Below are positions 7,768 to 16,454 of a DNA stretch of 64,000 nt, in pieces. Source of the DNA: Alistipes timonensis (GTDB taxonomy: Bacteria > Bacteroidota > Bacteroidia > Bacteroidales > Muribaculaceae); assembly GCA_023663385.1 (NCBI GenBank), contig JAMPHO010000004.1:14053-78052 (forward strand). The letters are read 5' to 3'. The notes below the pieces were generated by a model. It was not told where the DNA came from. It saw only the letters and a list, made by a program, of their open reading frames with translations, and did no database searches. How positions within the stretch are numbered: position 1 is the stretch's first letter; every line of letters starts with the position of its first letter. Both the position numbers and the translations under genes were made by a program.

Positions 7768-9096
7768 TTAGAGTTTCGAGGCTATTTCGGCCAGGAGGTC
7801 GATCTGCGCGCGGGTCTGCATCTCGGTGGCGGCCATCAACAGGCGGTTTTCGGCCACGCGTATGCCGGCGAGGATGCCCCGGGCGAGTGCGGCGTCGATG
7901 AGCGCCTGGGCCGGGTAGTCGGTTTCCAGCAGAAATTCGTTGAGGAAGGGGCGGTCGGGGTACGCGAGCCGGGCGCGGCCCCCCTCGGTCATCTTGCCGA
8001 GCAGGTAGAGGGCGGCGTTGTGCCCCGCCATCGCGATTTCGCGCAAACCCTTGGCGCCGGTCAGACTCATATAGATCGCGGCGTAGAGGGTCATAAGCCC
8101 CTGGTTGGAGCAGATGTTGGAGGTGGCTTTCTCGCGGCGTATGTGCTGCTCGCGGGCCTGGAGGGTGAGCACGAACGAGCGGCGCCCCTCGCTGTCGGTG
8201 GTCGCGCCGACGATGCGCCCCGGCATCTTGCGCATCAGGGCCTTGGTCGCGCAGAGGAACCCGAGGTAGGGTCCGCCGAAACTCAGTGGTATGCCGAGGC
8301 TCTGGGCGTCGCCGCAGGCAATGTCGGCCCCCCACTCGCCGGGGGTGCGGAGCACCGCCAGGTCGGCGGCCACGCACTGGGTGATCAGGAGCGCCTTCTT
8401 CGAGTGGCATAGGTCGGCCACCCCGGAGAGGTCCTCCACGATCCCATAATAATTAGGTATGGGCATGATGACCGCCGCCACGTCGGAGCGGCTCGCGAGG
8501 AGCTCTTCGAGATGGGCCCGGGATGTCACACTCCCCTCCTCGCGCACCTCTTCCAGGTCGATGCCGTGGAAGCGGGCGTAGGTGGCCACCACTCGGCGCA
8601 CCGCCGGGGCGATGGTGGCCGACAGGAGCACGCGGCGCTTCTTGCGCGCCGCGGCAACGGCCATAAGTGCCGCCTCGGCAGTGGCGGTCGCCCCGTCGTA
8701 CATCGACGCGTTGGAGACCTCCATGCCAGTGAGGCGGCACATCATTGACTGGTATTCAAATATATACTGTAACGTACCCTGTGAGATTTCCGGCTGGTAG
8801 GGGGTGTAGGCCGTCAGGAACTCGGAGCGGCCAATCAGCGACGCCGCGGCGGCTGGCACGGCGTGGTCGTAGAAACCACCCCCGGCGAAACAGGCCGTCA
8901 GGGGTATGTCGCGCGAAGCGAGTTCGTCGAAATGGCGGCGCACGTCGGTCTCGCTCATCTCTTCCGGGAGGTCATAGGGGGCCTTGAGGGTGAGCTCGGG
9001 GGGGACGTCGGAGAAAAGCTCTTTGAGCTCGGCGACGCCGCAGCGGTCGAGCATCAGGCGTATATCCTCCTCGGTATGCGGAAAATAGCGGTGCAT
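7768..9096 (-). CDS. gcvPA: Glycine dehydrogenase (decarboxylating) subunit 1
   Basis: 442 aa. Typical split P-protein alpha subunit, positioned between gcvH and gcvPB. Confidence 0.92.
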   Translation of the reverse strand: MHRYFPHTEEDIRLMLDRCGVAELKELFSDVPPELTLKAPYDLPEEMSETDVRRHFDELASRDIPLTACFAGGGFYDHAVPAAAASLIGRSEFLTAYTPYQPEISQGTLQYIFEYQSMMCRLTGMEVSNASMYDGATATAEAALMAVAAARKKRRVLLSATIAPAVRRVVATYARFHGIDLEEVREEGSVTSRAHLEELLASRSDVAAVIMPIPNYYGIVEDLSGVADLCHSKKALLITQCVAADLAVLRTPGEWGADIACGDAQSLGIPLSFGGPYLGFLCATKALMRKMPGRIVGATTDSEGRRSFVLTLQAREQHIRREKATSNICSNQGLMTLYAAIYMSLTGAKGLREIAMAGHNAALYLLGKMTEGGRARLAYPDRPFLNEFLLETDYPAQALIDAALARGILAGIRVAENRLLMAATEMQTRAQIDLLAEIASKL

Positions 9097-9150
9097 TTTG
9101 GTTCGGGGGTGGAGGGTGAAGAGTGAAGGGGGTGAAAGGTGAAGGGGGGA

Positions 9151-9516
9151 TCAGTGGGCGGCGCAGAAGGCGGCGTAGCGCTCCTCGTCCATCAGGGAGT
9201 CGAGCTGGGAGGGGTCGTCGATGCTTACCTTGATGATCCAGTTGGCCATGGCGTCCTCGTTGACCAGGCGGGGGTTCTCCTCCAGGGCGGTGTTGACCTC
9301 CAGCACCTCGCCGCTGACGGGCGCGATGAGGTCGGAAGCAGCCTTTACGCTCTCGATGGCGCCGAAGTCGTCGCCGGCCTCGATGGTGTCGCCCTCCTCG
9401 GGCATATCGACGTAGACAACGTTGCCGAGCTGCTTCTGGGCGTAATCGGAGATGCCGATGTAGCCTTCGTTGCCTTCTACGCGGATATATTCGTGGGATT
9501 CAGAGTAGTAAATCAT
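9151..9516 (-). CDS. gcvH: Glycine cleavage system H protein
   Basis: 121 aa with the lipoyl-lysine motif ESVKAASD. Confidence 0.93.
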   Translation of the reverse strand: MIYYSESHEYIRVEGNEGYIGISDYAQKQLGNVVYVDMPEEGDTIEAGDDFGAIESVKAASDLIAPVSGEVLEVNTALEENPRLVNEDAMANWIIKVSIDDPSQLDSLMDEERYAAFCAAH

Positions 9517-9537
9517 AACTGACGGGTATGTGTGGGG

Positions 9538-10635
9538 TTAGTTTTTATAGGATTTCTTATAGAATTTGCGGGGAACGACCAGGGCGGGGAACTCCTTGCG
9601 GCGCACGCGCACCTTCAGTTCGGTGCCCTGCTTGGCGTAGCGGCTGTCAATCAGCGCCATGGCCACGCTCTTGTCGACCGAGATGCCGCGGTAGCCGGTG
9701 GTGACGTGCCCTATTACGTTGCCTTCGGGGTCGAGCACCTCGTAGCCGTGGCGTGGCACCGCGCGGTCGAGCAGCTCCAGCCCTACCGACTTGCGGCGGG
9801 GGCCCTCGGCCTTCTGGGCGGCGATGGCGTCGCGCCCTATCATATCGGTCTTGTCGAGTTTGACGAACATCGAGAGGCCCGCCTCCAGGGGGGTGATGTC
9901 GTCGGCCAGCTCGTCGCCGTAGAGGGGTAGCCCGACTTCGAAGCGGAGCGTGTCGCGGCAGCCGAGGCCGCAGGGGGCGCACTCGCCCGAGTCAATCAGC
10001 GCCTGCCAGGCCCGGCGTATCACCGCGGCGGGGGCGTAGAGCTCGAAGCCGTCCTCGCCGGTATAGCCGGTGCGGCTTATTATGGCGTGCTCGCCGTCGA
10101 TTTCAAGCTCCTTGAAGGTATAGAACGCGAGGTCGGCGCAGGGGATGCCGAGCACCCGCTCCACAACCTCCTCAGCCTTCGGACCCTGGATGGCCAGCTC
10201 GGCGGTGGAGTCGGAGAGGAGGTCGATTTTAGCGTCGAACCCCTCGGCGTTGGCGAGAATCCACGCCTCGTCCTTGGCGATGTTGGCCGCGTTGATTACC
10301 AGCAGGAAGCTGTTGGCGGCGCGCTTGTACACCAGCAGGTCGTCGACCACTCCCCCGTCGGGGTGGAGCATCATACCGTAGAAACACTGCCCCGCGGGGG
10401 CGCCGGACACATCGTTGGTGAACAGGCGGTTGACCAACCGCTCGGCATCGGGGCCCGAGATGTTGACCTCACCCATGTGGGAGACGTCGAACACGCCGCA
10501 CGCCTCGCGCACGGCCCGGTGCTCCTCTTCGATTCCGGCATACTGGATCGGCATATCCCAGCCCGCGAAGGGGCTCATCCGCGCGCCGAGGGCGACGTGC
10601 AGGTCATGAAGGCAGGTTTTCTTGATTTCTTCCAT
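9538..10635 (-). CDS. gcvT: Aminomethyltransferase (glycine cleavage T protein)
   Basis: The track ORF 9538..10755 was trimmed to the internal ATG at 10635 (MEEIKKTCLHDLH..). It carries the FAGWDMPIQY motif. The 40-aa extension is non-homologous and overlaps a promoter-like region. Confidence 0.9.
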   Translation of the reverse strand: MEEIKKTCLHDLHVALGARMSPFAGWDMPIQYAGIEEEHRAVREACGVFDVSHMGEVNISGPDAERLVNRLFTNDVSGAPAGQCFYGMMLHPDGGVVDDLLVYKRAANSFLLVINAANIAKDEAWILANAEGFDAKIDLLSDSTAELAIQGPKAEEVVERVLGIPCADLAFYTFKELEIDGEHAIISRTGYTGEDGFELYAPAAVIRRAWQALIDSGECAPCGLGCRDTLRFEVGLPLYGDELADDITPLEAGLSMFVKLDKTDMIGRDAIAAQKAEGPRRKSVGLELLDRAVPRHGYEVLDPEGNVIGHVTTGYRGISVDKSVAMALIDSRYAKQGTELKVRVRRKEFPALVVPRKFYKKSYKN

Positions 10636-10679
10636 TGTGTAAGCTGATTCTCCGTTTATGGCTTGAAAATTCAGGCCCC

Positions 10680-10687
10680 CTAAGTTA
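10680..10687 (-). promoter_or_regulatory. Possible -7 box TAACTTAG for the gcv operon
   Basis: Minus-strand TAACTTAG (7 of 8 to TAnnTTTG), 45 nt upstream of the gcvT ATG. Imperfect match. Confidence 0.35.
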
Positions 10688-10809
10688 CGCCGTTTTTGCC
10701 TCACGGCCAAACTCCGCCGTATGTTAGAAAACAGAATTTCGCAGGGCAAAAGCATCCCGCGCTCCGACGGCGGAACCCTTTGCCCTCCGGCGGCGTTCTA
10801 TAATAAAAT

Positions 10810-12195
10810 ATGAAGATGGCATACAGGACGTTTCAGCAGCCGGCCCCCGCGACGGAAAGCAACGGGGGCGCCGGGAGGCGGTTTTCACCGCTCCCCGAGA
10901 CCCTTGTGGGGCGACTGCGGGGACGTATGGGCGAGGATGTGTGGATCATAGTCCTCGCCATGGTGGCGGGGAGCCTCATCGGGGGGGCGGCCTGGGGGCT
11001 GAAGCGCCTCATCGCCTTAGTGTCGCGCCTCTCGGTCGGGTGCGCCGACCATTTCGGGTGGTGGACGATGCTCCTGCTACCGCTCGTCGGCATACTGCTG
11101 ACGGGCATCTTCCAGCGCTACATACTCCACCGCGAGATTTACCACGGGGTAGACCGCCTGCAGGCCGATTTCGCCCGCGGGCAGTCGCGGCTCCCGGTGG
11201 TGCTCACCTTCTCGCCGGTGCTGGCGTGCGCCATGACCCTCGGCTTCGGGGGGTCCGCGGGTTCCGAAGGACCTATAGCCTACGCCGGGGCCGCGATAGG
11301 GAACAACGTGGGGCGCCTCTTCGGCACTACCGACTGCGGGCTCCGCGCCATGATGGCCATCGGGGCCGGGGCCGGTATCGCCGGGATTTTCAAGGCCCCG
11401 GTTGGGGGCGCGCTCTTCACCCTCGAATGCCTCGGCATAGGGTCGGGACCATTTACGGCGATCGCCCTCTTCGCGGGGTGTGTGTGCGCCGGACTCACCG
11501 CCCTGGCCCTCTCGGGCTTCACGCCCGACATAGCCGTTGACACCCTCGCACCGTTCGACTGGCACCTGACGCTGCCGCTGCTGGCCCTTGCCCTCTTCTG
11601 CGGCGTATATTCGGCCTACTACTCGCGGATAATGGCCCGCATGACCTCCTGGTTCGAGGGGATGCGCTCCCCCTGGCGGCGCAACATAGTCAGCGGCCTG
11701 ATTGTGGGCGCGCTCCTTTTCATCTTCCCGGCCCTCTTCGGCGAGGGTTACGGCGTGGTAGGGGGGATAATCAACGGCCATCCCGAGGCCGCCGTGTTCC
11801 GCTCGCCGCTGGCGCTCCCGGCGCTCGGCCTCGACCCGGGAGTGACGCTTTTGGCGGTATGCTTCGGGGTGATGGCTGTGAAAGCTTTCGCCACCTCGGC
11901 CACCAACAGCGGCGGCGGTGTGGCGGGCGACTTCGCCCCCACCCTCTTCGCGGGCGCCGTGTGCGGTTACTTTTTCGCCCGTATGGCAGGGGTACTTTTC
12001 GGCATCGACCTCCCCGAGGGGGAATTCGCCGTGTACGGTATGGCGGCGGTGATGGCCGGGGCGGTCAAGGCGCCGCTGATGGCGATGTTCATCGTAACGG
12101 AGATGACGGCCACCCCGTCGGCGCTCCTCCCCGCGGCCATAGCCTCCGCGGTGTCCTACGTCGTGGCCTCGATACTGCGCCCCGCCGACCGATAA
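10810..12195 (+). CDS. ClC-family voltage-gated chloride channel/antiporter
   Basis: 461-aa polytopic protein. ClC signature blocks GFGGSAGSEGP, GIFKAPVGGALF and GDFAPTLFAGA. Confidence 0.85.
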   Translation: MKMAYRTFQQPAPATESNGGAGRRFSPLPETLVGRLRGRMGEDVWIIVLAMVAGSLIGGAAWGLKRLIALVSRLSVGCADHFGWWTMLLLPLVGILLTGIFQRYILHREIYHGVDRLQADFARGQSRLPVVLTFSPVLACAMTLGFGGSAGSEGPIAYAGAAIGNNVGRLFGTTDCGLRAMMAIGAGAGIAGIFKAPVGGALFTLECLGIGSGPFTAIALFAGCVCAGLTALALSGFTPDIAVDTLAPFDWHLTLPLLALALFCGVYSAYYSRIMARMTSWFEGMRSPWRRNIVSGLIVGALLFIFPALFGEGYGVVGGIINGHPEAAVFRSPLALPALGLDPGVTLLAVCFGVMAVKAFATSATNSGGGVAGDFAPTLFAGAVCGYFFARMAGVLFGIDLPEGEFAVYGMAAVMAGAVKAPLMAMFIVTEMTATPSALLPAAIASAVSYVVASILRPADR

Positions 12196-12216
12196 CGCCG
12201 TTTCAAAAAAATTCGC

Positions 12217-12224
12217 TACTTTCG
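12217..12224 (+). promoter_or_regulatory. -7 box TACTTTCG (extended TACTTTCGCGG) for the HAD phosphatase gene
   Basis: TAnnTT(C)G followed by CGG, 22 nt upstream of the ATG at 12246. Confidence 0.45.
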
Positions 12225-12245
12225 CGGTATTAGAAACTTTCGGTT

Positions 12246-12899
12246 ATGAAGAAACTCGTGATATTCGACCTCGACGGCACCCTGCTCAACACCATCGCCG
12301 ACCTCGGGAACGCCACCAACCACGCCCTGGAACAGTGCGGCTACCCGACCCACCCCCTCTCGGCCTACCCCAGGTTCGTGGGGAACGGGGTGCGGAAACT
12401 TATGGAGCGGGTGCTCCCCGAAAGCGCGCGCTCCGCGGCCCTTACCGAGCAGATGCTCGCGCATTTCCGCGAATACTACGACGCGCATATGACCGAGGAG
12501 ACCAAGCCCTACAGCGGCATACCCGAACTGCTCGCGCAGCTCACCCAGCGCGGCATCGCCGTGGCCGTGGCCTCCAACAAGTACCAGGCCGCGGTCGAAA
12601 AGCTCATCGGCCACTACTTCCCCGACATCCCCTGGGCGGCTGTCGAGGGGCAGAAGGAGGGGGTGCCCGTAAAGCCCGACCCCTCGATCGTGTTTGAAAT
12701 CCTCGGGAAACACCCGACACCGAAGGCCGACGTGCTCTACGTCGGCGACTCGGGGGTGGATATGGAAACCGCCCGCCGAGCCTGTGTAGACTCAGCGGGC
12801 GTTACTTGGGGTTTCCGGCCAGTGGCCGAACTGCGCGAATACCGCGCCGACAACATCATCGAGGCCCCGTCGGGGATTCTGCGGCTCTGCGCCATCTGA
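12246..12899 (+). CDS. HAD-IA family hydrolase (phosphoglycolate phosphatase-like)
   Basis: 217 aa. Motif I FDLDGTLLNT and a distal VGDSGVD motif. Confidence 0.85.
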   Translation: MKKLVIFDLDGTLLNTIADLGNATNHALEQCGYPTHPLSAYPRFVGNGVRKLMERVLPESARSAALTEQMLAHFREYYDAHMTEETKPYSGIPELLAQLTQRGIAVAVASNKYQAAVEKLIGHYFPDIPWAAVEGQKEGVPVKPDPSIVFEILGKHPTPKADVLYVGDSGVDMETARRACVDSAGVTWGFRPVAELREYRADNIIEAPSGILRLCAI

Positions 12900-12971
12900 C
12901 AAGATTTCCCGTACGATTTTTGAGGCTTTTTGAGATAAGAATTGGGAAAAGCGCTCAAAAAAAGCTCAAAA

Positions 12972-14774
12972 TCAGCTGTACATGGCCTCGATTTCGGAGG
13001 CGTAGTGCTTGTTGATTACCGGGCGGCGGATTTTCAATGTGTTGGTCAGCTCGCCCGACTCCATTGTGAACTCGCGGGGGAGCAGGGTGAACTTCTTAAT
13101 CTTCTCGAAACTTGCCAGACCGTATTGGAGCTTTCCGATGCGGCGCTCCATCATATCGTAAATCCCGGGGTCGGCCACCAGCGCGGCAACGTCGTCGCAG
13201 GGGATGTTATTCTTGGCGGCATACTCCTTCAGCGCCTCGAACGAGGGCACGATCAGGGCCGACACATATTTGCGCTGGTCGCCAATCACGGCCACCTGCT
13301 CGATGAAGCGGTCCTCGCCCAGGCGGGTCTCCAGCACCTGCGGGGCGATGTACTTGCCGTTGGAGGTTTTGAAGAGGTCCTTGATGCGGTCGGTGAGCAC
13401 GATGGCGCCCCGCTCGTCGATGTACCCGGCGTCGCCCGTGCGGAAGAAGCCGTCGGGGGTGAACGCCGCGGCGCTCTCGGCGGGTTTGTTGAAGTAGCCG
13501 CTCATAACGTTGGGCCCCTTGACGAGAATCTCGTTCTCCTCGCCAATCTTCACCTCCAGGCCGGGGAGCGGCTTGCCGACGGTGCCGACCTCGTAGCCGG
13601 TATAGGGGAGGAAACTTACAGTTGCGGTGGTTTCCGATAGGCCGTAGCCGATGACGATGGGCACGCCCATCGAGCGGAAGAACTCCACGATGGTGCCACT
13701 CAGCGGGGCCCCGGCGGTGGGGAAGATATTGCCGTTCTCGACACCCATCACGCGCTTCACCATCTTGAACACGCGGGCATGGTAGAAGCGGTAGCCCTGC
13801 TCCAGGAAGAAGGGTACCTTCAGCCCCAGGCGGACGTAATGGAGGTTGCGCTTGCGCCCCACGTTGAGAGCCCGGGCGCAGAGCCAGCGGTTGAAGCGCG
13901 ACATACGCGTCATCTTGTCCTGGATGGTGGCGTAGGCCTTCTCCCAAAAACGCGGCACGGAACACATACAGGTGGGGCGCACCTCCTTAAGCGCTTCCTG
14001 AATGTCGCGCGGGTCGCGGTTGACGTACACCCTTATGCCTATGTAGAGGCAGAGGTAGGTCCACGCCTTCTCGAAAATATGGCACAGCGGGAGGAAACTC
14101 AGCGAGGTGTCGTTGTCGCTCAGCGATGTGAGCGCCTCAACGTGAATGTCGAGGGCGGCTGAGAAATTAGCGTGGGTCAGTATGGCGCCCTTTGGCTCGC
14201 CGGTGGTGCCGGAGGTGTAGAGGAGCGTCGCGGTGTCGGAAGGGAGCGCGGCGGAGCGGCGGCGGGCCACTTCGGCGGCGACATCCGCGGAAGCCTCCTC
14301 GCCGAGCGCGAGGAAGTCGCTGAACCGCAGGGTAGTGTCGTCGGCCCGGTCGAGGTGAATGTCGTCGTAAACCACGATCTGCTTCAGCGACTCCACCGAG
14401 GCAGCCACGCGGCGCGCTATGAGATACTGCTCTGCAGTGCCGGCGAAGAGAATCTTGGCGCCGGAGTCGCGCACGATGTATTCGACCTGTTCGGCCGAGG
14501 AGGTGGCGTAAATCGACACCGGGACGGCGCGGTTGGCGAACGCCGCGAAATCGGTGACGAGAATCTTCACATTGTTGGGGGAGAAAACAGCGACGGTCTC
14601 CCGCTCGCCCAGTCCGAGCGAGGCGAGCGCCCTCGCGGCATTTTCAACCTGGCATTCAAAGGCTTGCCAGGAGGTCGGAATCCAGCGTCCGCCATCTTCG
14701 CGATGGTAAAACGCGGGTCGTCGGCCATATTTGGCCGCCTGGTTACCGACCAGGTCATTTAGTACGTTAGCCAT
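12972..14774 (-). CDS. Long-chain-fatty-acid--CoA ligase (AMP-binding enzyme)
   Basis: Track ORF trimmed to the ATG at 14774 (MANVLNDLVG..). AMP-binding signature LLYTSGTTGEPKGAIL and distal TGDAGYIDERG..TSNGKYIAP. Confidence 0.88.
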   Translation of the reverse strand: MANVLNDLVGNQAAKYGRRPAFYHREDGGRWIPTSWQAFECQVENAARALASLGLGERETVAVFSPNNVKILVTDFAAFANRAVPVSIYATSSAEQVEYIVRDSGAKILFAGTAEQYLIARRVAASVESLKQIVVYDDIHLDRADDTTLRFSDFLALGEEASADVAAEVARRRSAALPSDTATLLYTSGTTGEPKGAILTHANFSAALDIHVEALTSLSDNDTSLSFLPLCHIFEKAWTYLCLYIGIRVYVNRDPRDIQEALKEVRPTCMCSVPRFWEKAYATIQDKMTRMSRFNRWLCARALNVGRKRNLHYVRLGLKVPFFLEQGYRFYHARVFKMVKRVMGVENGNIFPTAGAPLSGTIVEFFRSMGVPIVIGYGLSETTATVSFLPYTGYEVGTVGKPLPGLEVKIGEENEILVKGPNVMSGYFNKPAESAAAFTPDGFFRTGDAGYIDERGAIVLTDRIKDLFKTSNGKYIAPQVLETRLGEDRFIEQVAVIGDQRKYVSALIVPSFEALKEYAAKNNIPCDDVAALVADPGIYDMMERRIGKLQYGLASFEKIKKFTLLPREFTMESGELTNTLKIRRPVINKHYASEIEAMYS

Positions 14775-14798
14775 AAATAAAGAGCTGATGAGTGGCCG

Positions 14799-14806
14799 CG
14801 AAGTTA
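14799..14806 (-). promoter_or_regulatory. -7 box TAACTTCG (extended TAACTTCGCGG) for the acyl-CoA ligase gene
   Basis: Minus-strand gcTAACTTCGCGGcc, 25 nt upstream of the ATG at 14774. Confidence 0.5.
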
Positions 14807-14903
14807 GCCCTAATTTGGCACTTATGGCCAAAAGTTCGCATAAAAACCACCCGGATTAACCAATCTTCACACTTCCGGGAGAAACCGCGCCCCGCGGGAG
14901 CCC

Positions 14904-16337
14904 TTAGCGAGCCACCTTGAGCAGCTTCACCGTGTCGGGGCCGAGGTTGACGCGAACGATGTAGGCGCGCGAGGCGAACGGCGCCGTGTCAACCGAGAAG
15001 TCAAGCGTCCCGGACGCCGGGAGGAACGCGAGGCGCAACCCGCCTATATCGAAGAGCTCCACGGCGGAAATCTCTGAGGTGGCGCTTACGCGGAGCACCG
15101 CGCCCTCGAACCATCCGCGGACCTCGGCCCCGGAGGGGGTGTCGGGGAGCGCTACCCCGGTTTCGCCGCTGGTGCGGGCCTCGATGTTGAAATCCTTCCA
15201 CTGCGGGGCATCGCGGAACGCGTCGAGCATATCGCGGCTCACATACAGGGTGGTGTTCCCCTTGTCGAGGGTGCCGAAAATATCGTCGCCTATCTCCGGG
15301 AGTTCCGTGAGGTCGGCGGCGTCGATATAGCGGGTGCCGGTCCAGTTGGCGAAAGCCGATTTGCCGACCTCGCGCATAGTCGAGGGGAACGCGACCGAGG
15401 GGCCTACCGAAGTGTAGGCCAGGGCGTAGTCGCCCACCTCGCTGAACGCGGCGGCGGTGCCGTCGGCGAGACCGCTGACGCTCTTCACCCCGGTAAAGGC
15501 GTGGGCGGGTATGGTCTCCAGCGATTTAAGCAGCTCCCCCGCGGCAACTTCGGCCGCGGCGTCGCGGAAGAAGGCGCCCTCCCCTATCGCGCGGGGCATC
15601 GACCCGGAGAAGGTCACCTCGCCGAGCGAGGCGCACCCCGTGAACGCCCAGGGGGCTATGGAGTCAATATCGTTTACAGCCACCACTTTCAGGCCGCTCC
15701 CGGCGAAAGCCTTCTCGCCGATCACCCTCACGGAGGAGGGTATCGCGAACGACTCCAGCGAACGGCAACCGCTGAACGCGAGGGGCGGGATTTCGGCGAT
15801 ATTCCCCTTGAAGGATACAGAAGCGAGTTTGCCGCATCCGCGGAACAGCCCGGTGCCGAGTTTCACGGCGGAAGCGGGGAGCGACACCGCTGATAGCTCC
15901 GGCGAGTCGGCAAACGCCGAGTTGCCTATGGAGGTCACACCTTCGGGAACAGCCACCGACGCGAGCGACGTGGCGGCGAAAGCCCCCTCCCCAATCGCGG
16001 TGGTGTTCTTCGGGAAAGAGAACTCCGCGATCTTCATACCCAAGAACGCCGCCGGGGGGATAACACCCGCCGGAGAGCTTGACACGGAGTTGAGGAGCGC
16101 CTCACCCTCGTAGGCCGCGAGCGTGGCGCCCGAAAGGTCAAGCGACTTCAGTGAAGTCATCTCCGAGTGGATGAACATAAGGTCGGCGGCGTCAACCGAG
16201 CCGCTAACTCGCAGCTCCGCGGCGTCGGTCGAAGTACCGACCGCTCCGCGGAGCTGTCCGGCCTCGGAAGTGACGTCGAGAGCCGCGGCCTGGAGAGATG
16301 CCGCGGCGGCTATGGCAAGGGGTAAGAGGTATCGCAT
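14904..16337 (-). CDS. BspA-type leucine-rich-repeat surface protein with a T9SS C-terminal sorting domain
   Basis: Start set at MRYLLPLAIAAAASLQAA (signal peptide). Repeated ~23-aa units of the form IP.SV..IG..AF..C..L. C-terminal VELFDIGGLRLA..AYIVRVNLG..KLLKVAR is CTD-like. Confidence 0.75.
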   Translation of the reverse strand: MRYLLPLAIAAAASLQAAALDVTSEAGQLRGAVGTSTDAAELRVSGSVDAADLMFIHSEMTSLKSLDLSGATLAAYEGEALLNSVSSSPAGVIPPAAFLGMKIAEFSFPKNTTAIGEGAFAATSLASVAVPEGVTSIGNSAFADSPELSAVSLPASAVKLGTGLFRGCGKLASVSFKGNIAEIPPLAFSGCRSLESFAIPSSVRVIGEKAFAGSGLKVVAVNDIDSIAPWAFTGCASLGEVTFSGSMPRAIGEGAFFRDAAAEVAAGELLKSLETIPAHAFTGVKSVSGLADGTAAAFSEVGDYALAYTSVGPSVAFPSTMREVGKSAFANWTGTRYIDAADLTELPEIGDDIFGTLDKGNTTLYVSRDMLDAFRDAPQWKDFNIEARTSGETGVALPDTPSGAEVRGWFEGAVLRVSATSEISAVELFDIGGLRLAFLPASGTLDFSVDTAPFASRAYIVRVNLGPDTVKLLKVAR

Positions 16338-16454
16338 ATAGTGGTTATTGCACAATTTCACACCTTAATAACTAAGAAACGCCCCGTTTATTGCCCCGCC
16401 CGGCGTTAAATCGGCGGAAGGCAATATCGGGCGGGGGTGTTACGTTAATAAGGC

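Noticed and set aside
10636-10755. N-terminal extensions proposed by the ORF track: gcvT to 10755, acyl-CoA ligase to 14831, LRR protein to 16361, hflX from 29123, glgB from 42502, nadB from 57205.
   Set aside because: The extensions are non-homologous and often Arg/Pro-rich, and they overlap promoter boxes or terminators. An internal ATG gives the canonical family N-terminus in each case.
10636-10809. Possible glycine riboswitch in the gcvT leader. Fragments on the minus strand resemble the consensus: CGCCGGAGGGCAA and GUGAGGCAAAAACGG.
   Set aside because: I could not assemble the P1 / GGAGAG / P2 / CCGAAGGGGCAA / P3 / CUCAGGCAAAAGGAC order or the required pairings. The best -7-like box (TAACTTAG, 10680-10687) lies downstream of most of the candidate structure, so it would not be in the mRNA. 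A cmsearch with Rfam RF00504 would settle this.
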